Positions 7,780-13,081 of a stretch of 13,081 nt of DNA are shown piece by piece. Source of the stretch: Anthoceros angustus (taxonomy: Eukaryota > Plantae > Anthocerotophyta); contig VJWM01000417.1 of assembly GCA_010909165.1 (NCBI GenBank), forward strand, positions 1 through 13,081, in the 5' to 3' direction. Each line of letters begins with the position of its first letter. The first letter of the stretch is position 1. A program made the position numbers and the translations under genes. Under the pieces are notes generated by a model. It made no database searches. It saw only the letters and a list, made by a program, of their open reading frames with translations, and was not told where the DNA came from.

Positions 7780-10446
7780 TTCCTTCTTTCTTCTCCTCTC
7801 CCGCCTGGAAGATCTCCATTGCTCCTTTCCCTGCTTGATTTGTCCATACCTATCATGGAGCATCTTCAAAGAGTCTTCCCCCATGTCACCAATGTCTAAC
7901 TCTCCCGGCCTTTCTGGTCTCCTCGGCCCTGCTCCTCCTTATCCGTGGGCGAGGGAACTCACCTCCCCTTCCTCGACGGGTCGGACCCCGCCCTTTAGTC
8001 TCTCCGGTGTTGTCTCCCACCACCCACCGCCCTCCGGGGTATACTACCGGACCCCCGGCTCCTTCATCCTCCCAGCCTCCGCGCCCGACTCCAACAGCCT
8101 GCCCGGCACTGCCACCCCCTAGTCCGGCATCACCGAGGTGGGTCACCACGTAGTCCGGCAGACTCAGTGGTAGGTGGTCACCCACCGTGGTTGACCCCTG
8201 TGAGGGTGGGCTTCCCCTCCTCCGCCCGCCACCTCTCGCCACGGCCTCCTCGACTCCCCTCGATTCCTGAGTCCATTTCACGATGGCCTCATCAAAATCG
8301 GAGGCCTCCGCACCACAGCTCCTTTCATCATCATGAGGACCCAATGTCCTCCTCTTGGCCAAACGCAAGATCTCATTGTTGGCCTTCAAAATTCTATTGT
8401 GGAGGTGAGCCCCAAGCTATGATATTGCATTTGGAGATCATCAATCTCCGTGGCCACTCTCCATCTTCACACCTACCTTGTAGGCGCCCTTGAGGTGGTC
8501 AATTCCCCACCTTGACATGGAGGGTCACATTCTCCTCCCTCACTTCCTTGGCCAATTTTGCCAAGGGCATAGTCCGCCCAAAACCTCGCTTCTCACCACC
8601 AAGATTCTATGCACCACCTTCGGCTCCTCTTGGAACCTCCTTCCTTTCCAGTCCCTTGGCAAGTCTCCTTCTCCACTTGCCAAGCACTTCTCGGCTCCGC
8701 ACTAGATCTTGAGCCTCAGCCCGCGCTTCTCTTCCAAATTAACTCTCTCAATTTTCTTCTTCCATGTCCCGGATCTTGATGGCTTGAGTAGCCATCACCT
8801 CGCCCATTGCTGGACCGCTACCTTCTCCTTCCGAGAGCCTCTGCTTTTGCCCTTTCGTTGCTCTAATTGGGCAAAATGCCTCCGCCTGAATCCTGAGCCT
8901 CGAATGGCTCTCTTCACCGCGACACCTTCCCTTCTAGGATTTTCTCCGCTCATCCATGAGGTCGCTGGAGCTTCTCAGCCCTTTCCTTGGCTGCTTTTCA
9001 TCGGACTCCATGGCCTCCAATTGCCACTTGGTCCCCGCCCTCCGCCATGTCTTGGGCCTTTCACCTCCTCTTATGCCCACAAGGAGCTAGGTCCCTAGCC
9101 CCTTCAAATCCACTGAGTGCTTCACAAGCACCCAAAGAATTCTCCTAGGGGTCCTAATTCCACCCTCCTGCCTTCTTGCCGGAAATTTCCAGCTCTCCGC
9201 ACTCACATCACGCGCGTGGGGTCCCTTCACTGCCGCTCCATCCGCCTCCCACCCGGAGATGGTGGCTCGGCGCCGGCGCCTCCGCTTCTCTTCCCTTCCC
9301 GCCAGCGCTGCGGCGAGGGGTGCCTACCACTGCGTGCCCCCCCACGTGGTAGTCCGCCTACCTACCATGTGGGTCGCCTACCACGGGCCGCCCACCCTTG
9401 GGTAGACCGCCTCACCGGGTACCGGGTGCCTCGTAGGCACAAATGAGATGGTGGGACTCCCCACCCTTGGCCACCCTCCCGTGTAGTCCTTCTCTCATAG
9501 ACTACCATTCGGCCTTCCTCGGCCTTCTTGCCTCTCCTCCCCCCTGTGGATTCCCCGCAACCTTGTTGCCTCCGCATCTTCCTCTGCTTCTAGCATGCTT
9601 GTGGAGGTCGACCTCCCACCGCCTCTCCGCAATGCAAAAGGCAAAGGCCTTTCCAACTCGGCCGGAGATGGATGACCAAGGATGCCATGCATCTTCAAGC
9701 TCCTTGCTTGTGAGAAGTCCCTCCGCTTTCCCACAAATGCACCAAATAGGTGCGAGGTAGGCCTTCCTTCCTCATCCACGAATTTGGCTTGAGGAGCTTC
9801 TCATGGTGGATGTACGCTTCATACATGATGGTTCCCCAATCCGCTTGGCTCCCATGGAAATCTTCCACAAAATTGGAGGAAGTTGGAAATAAGAAGTGCG
9901 TTGGTAATTTACCAACCCCAGACAATCTTTGCGAAGAGCCTCCACTTCACCTCCTTGATGCTCTCGCTTCCACCCATTCTTGGCGTGGGCCTTCACTCCT
10001 CCATCCATCATGTCAAGGAATTCTGGAATATCGAGAGGGCTGTCCTCTTCCTCCATTTGACCTTTCGAGGAGAGCAATTCCGAGCTCTCTTCCTCCGGTC
10101 TCCATACACTGCCGAATGCTCCTTACGGTCAACAATGGGATCCTCGAGCATTCCTTTCCAGAAGCGGAAGCTCCGATTGATGGAGGTTGATGTAACACTC
10201 CTCAATCAATTCCAAATTGGTGTAGGCCCATTACGGCCATACACCCATCCTAATTGGATGTTGTCTTCTTCCCTAGAAAATCCACTAGATCACAGGGTTG
10301 CGCCCACAGCACGTAAATTGAGGCATTAAAAGTTCGCCTTCTCCTGGCGGCGCAATCCCTCCTGCCGGCTGTTTGCCCTTTTCCCCTTTCGAGGAGGAAC
10401 CTTTGGCAGGTGGCTCCTTCTTCTTGCCCTTTCCTGCTTGAGGCAT
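7760..10446 (-). pseudogene. Large retroelement accessory ORF ('ORF B'): basic N-terminus, Athila-ORF/Transposase_32-like domain, coiled-coil and low-complexity tail
   Basis: Start gccATG at 10446 gives MPQAGKGKKKEPPAKGSSSKG. Stitched frames at ~9715-10030 give KNGWK..I...KWRLFAKIV..LVNYQRTSYF....LWKISMG..DWGTIMYE.IHHE...AYLAPYLVHLWE. An E/K/R-rich helical stretch lies at ~8300-9100. The 3' end is uncertain. Confidence 0.55.
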
Positions 10447-10479
10447 GGCGATGCCTTCCTTTCCAAACGCTGCTAGGGG

Positions 10480-11378
10480 AGTAAATTACCTCCCAACTGG
10501 CAACCTCAAGACTTTGTTCTCAACGCTCCTTCTTCTCAAGTCCGGCAGCAAAACCTTTCTTAACACCCAATTTCAACGTTAGGCTTGGTGATGCTTCCCA
10601 GCTGTTGCAACTTTTCTTCGCGATTTCTTCTTTCAGGGCACGGCACTGCCGGCAGATGGTCGCGGGGCTCCTCGCTTCGCTCTCAATTTTCTTATCCTTG
10701 CGCCGCTTCAAGTGCCCCAGTTTCGTGCCTCCTGCCCTTGTCAGACTCCAGCATTCGTGACACCTAGCGCGCTACTCCCATGGCTGTACAGGCTTGGAGG
10801 TCTCCGCAATGCCTCAGAATGTTTGGCGCTTTCCTCTTCTCCAAGTGCTTCAAGGAAGGGAATTACTTTCCAATTCGGGAGTTTCAAAACTCCACTCCTA
10901 AACACACTCCTTCCTGGTTGTGGCAACAACACTCACTCTGCAATACACGTTAGCTCTGGCTTAAGTTCTCCAGCTGCTGCCAATCTCTTCTCCGTGGTCC
11001 TTCTTCCGAGGCGGAGACGCCACCAAATTGCTTCACGCTCTTCGCCTCAATCTTCGACCACAAGACTTTGAGTGCGGCGCCTACAGCTCCCGCTCCACAC
11101 CTTCTTCTTCAATAACCCGAGACGTGTGAAGAGCTCTTCCTCTTCTTCGCGGCTTTTATGGGCCGCTCGGCGCCTCGTGGTTGGGTCCGCTTCCTTTATG
11201 AAGCGCAGCGCCTCGCCTTTCACCGCGATGATGGCAGCCCCTCTCCTCGCAGCGATGGTAGCCTTCCTTTCTTTTGCGCTTACGCTCCAATTCCAGCTCC
11301 AGCTCTAGCTTTTCGCCATGAGGTGCCTCGATTCGAAGAGTTTCGCTGCCGTACTTTGCCCTTCTTAGATGTCGCCAC
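10480..11378 (-). pseudogene. Charged, basic ORF remnant of unknown function ('ORF A')
   Basis: [M/V]ATSKKGKVRQRKLFE...LELELELERKRKRK and later ALKEEIAKK. Strong purine bias on -, with a telo-box-like TAGGGTT just upstream (~11389-11395). Confidence 0.4.
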
Positions 11379-11571
11379 CGGCGCGCACAACCCTAGATTG
11401 GGTTCATCATTCCAAAATCTTAATTCTATCTAAACTACTTATTTTTCTATCCTGCCCGCTATTCCTAATTAACCGCTTTCTAATTACTCTATATAGCTAT
11501 TTCCCTATTGTGAGCATATATAGTGGATATCCTCCCGCTATTCTAATTTCCCTTTTTGGCCGAGACGCCTT

Positions 11572-11658
11572 CAGCCTACCACGGTAGTCTTACCGCGTAG
11601 CCTGCTTTCCTTCTCAGCCTACCGGCTGGTGGCGACCACGGTAGTCTGCCAGCCTACC
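11572..11658. repeat. Second clear CTACC..GGTAG cluster, in non-coding DNA
   Basis: CAGCCTACC x3 (11572, 11615, 11650), ACCACGGTAGTCT x2 (11578, 11635), CTACCACGGTAG at 11576-11587. Confidence 0.85.
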
Positions 11659-11937
11659 AACCCTTCGGACCGCCCTCCTGCCTTATCCGGGGTCGTTTGA
11701 TTTTTCTTCCCGGGATATCCCTTTCACTTCCTAACAATAGTTTACAACTTGCCTTCAAGATCCTCATAAGTTTTCCGGCATGCTCTTCCTCAATTGTTTC
11801 TAGCCAAAAAAAATCAAACTTGTCCATCTTTTTGGCCGGACCGGGTTGCCCAAACTTTTTACGTTCTCCACAATGCTCTTGCCCCTTCTCAACAAAACCT
11901 TGTTCTTTGCATGTCCCTACTAGAAAAGGGCACCCTA

Positions 11938-12182
11938 TGTTACACTTTATGTTAAGATTTGGACCCTGGATGTAACACTCATGTTGCAATTTTGGGGTCA
12001 TGTAACACTTTTTGGGCCCCTTGTTACACTTTGGCTTGGAAACCATACCACGGCGTTGTTGCAATCATGTTGCAATGGTGTTGCAATTATGTTAAGATGA
12101 AGTGAGAGTGGTTTTGCCTCTCTCAAAATTGCAACATGATTGCAACATCTAAAGTGTTACAAGAGAGGTCTTGTAACACTTT
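11938..12182. repeat. Array of TGTWACACT / TGTTGCAAT motifs with perfect inverted repeats
   Basis: About 12 copies in both orientations. A 20-bp perfect IR (12057-12076 / 12128-12147) and a 14-bp perfect IR (12151-12164 / 12169-12182). Confidence 0.88.
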
Positions 12183-12490
12183 TGGAGGCTTGGTGAACCT
12201 CCTCCCCATCCACTATTCCTTTTACTTTTGCCCTTTGCAATACCACGTTTACTTGGTAGTTACCAACACGCCCTTCAATACGACCATATAAATACTGTAA
12301 TACATCCTTATACTATACACATGTAGTCTACGGCGATAAATGTAATATATTATTCTAAGTGCTATAAGGCGTATTCAATTTCATATAAAATAAGTTTGTA
12401 TACTATGCGTATTCCATACATAATGTGTATATATTCATGGTACGATATGTATTTACTATACGTGTAAATACCGGCTCTTTCTACCCCTAC

Positions 12491-12585
12491 TTTATAGCAT
12501 GCCTGCGGTTTGTCCTTCCACGTCACCAATAGCCAACGGGCTTCCCATGGCCCCACCCCACCTATCACCTTATTGTGACGCATCA
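12491..12585 (-). promoter_or_regulatory. Putative Pol II promoter firing leftward
   Basis: CTATAAA on - (12491-12497), preceded by TGACGTGG (12518-12525), a CCAAT box (12526-12530) and a second TGACG (12576-12580). Confidence 0.45.
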
Positions 12586-13081
12586 CTGAGGTTATGCCCC
12601 TACAAGATTGTCTTGTGGAGGAGTTTGGTATGCGGCTTATGCTTTTACGCCTCCATGTAAGGCACTTCCTACCCATCGTATGCACCTACGAAACTTCCGC
12701 CCTGCTTCGATTCCCAATTTTCTTCTTCCTCCCGCTTTATGAGGCAAGCTTTGCCACTTCTAGGCGGGGTAGTAGTGGTTAGGGGCTGTGGGCCCTCGGC
12801 TCGAGAATAGAGGTGTAATAAAGGCGCCGACCTTGGCGTAGTATAAGAGGGCTAAGGCCACAGATAAATCATCTTTCTCTTGGTGTTGATCGCGTTCTTG
12901 CGGACCTTTGTGTGTCTTCTTGCTAACGTGAGTCTGAGTCCGGCGAGCACGGCAGCTCGGGGATTGATCGGTCACGGCGGACCTAACGTGTTGTGGTGTG
13001 TGCGGGGAAGGGTGGGTGACCCGTGCTCGTCCGGGCAGCCCCGGGGAGCGTGTGGCCGGAGGAACTCGGGAGGCGTCTGAG

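Larger units (their letters stand above)
6504..12200 (-). mobile_element. Third element interrupting the Copia RT; probably the accessory/3' region of a non-chromovirus Gypsy (Athila/Tat-like) retroelement
   Basis: Copia codons stop exactly before TG at 6504. The region has purine-rich minus-strand coding remnants, an Athila-ORF/Transposase_32-like domain and internal palindromic motif clusters. No gag/pol in the window, so class and right boundary are inferred. Confidence 0.5.

Noticed and set aside
6426-11433. Many + strand ORFs (e.g. 6426-6917, 8709-9098, 9750-10190, 9883-10329)
   Set aside because: They are Pro/Ser/Leu-rich antisense shadows of purine-rich minus-strand coding DNA, with no recognisable motifs.
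11654-12064. 136-aa minus-strand ORF
   Set aside because: Its Cys/Asn periodicity comes from the TGTAAC/TGCAAC DNA repeats and there is no independent coding signal.
11938-12182. CRISPR-like repeat array
   Set aside because: Units are ~9 bp, irregularly spaced and in both orientations, with no unique 30-40-bp spacers or cas genes, in a eukaryotic TE context.
12296-12604. Solo LTR (TGTA...TACA ends with an internal TATA)
   Set aside because: The flanks AATAC and AGATT do not form a TSD, and no adjacent PBS or PPT was found.
12362-12685. Chromodomain-like ORF (RWLLVTWKDKP)
   Set aside because: The match coincides with the CCAAT/TGACGTGG promoter motifs, and the ORF runs into AT-rich non-coding-looking DNA with no integrase nearby.
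6504-13081. MULE or other TIR DNA transposon (inverted 10-mers TAGAGGTGTA and AAGGCCACAG near 6886-6915 and 12808-12863)
   Set aside because: Spacing between the two matches differs, there is no extended TIR, and no DDE transposase core is present.

Overview
Land-plant repetitive DNA, probably from a fern or other seedless plant (inference). There is no recognisable host gene, and every coding remnant is on the - strand. It reads as a nest of three LTR retroelements. (1) ~499-5148: the 3' part of a Ty3/Gypsy chromovirus (gag with Zn-knuckle, protease, RT, RNase H, integrase, chromodomain, PPT, 3' LTR). (2) 5149-6503: the 3' part of a Ty1/Copia element (RT, RNase H, PPT, ~246-bp LTR) inserted in that gag. 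(3) 6504 to at least ~12200: a third element that interrupts the Copia RT at a TG/CA boundary. It has no gag/pol in this window but carries ~4.5 kb of accessory ORF remnants, including an Athila-ORF/Transposase_32-like domain. It also has four clusters of a CTACC..GGTAG palindromic motif and an array of TGTTRCA motifs with perfect inverted repeats; this is the most unusual part. All ORFs are frameshifted, but several lesions are small deletions at CAG/CTG sites, which may be sequencing artefacts rather than real decay. All family assignments come from motif recognition by eye, not from database searches.
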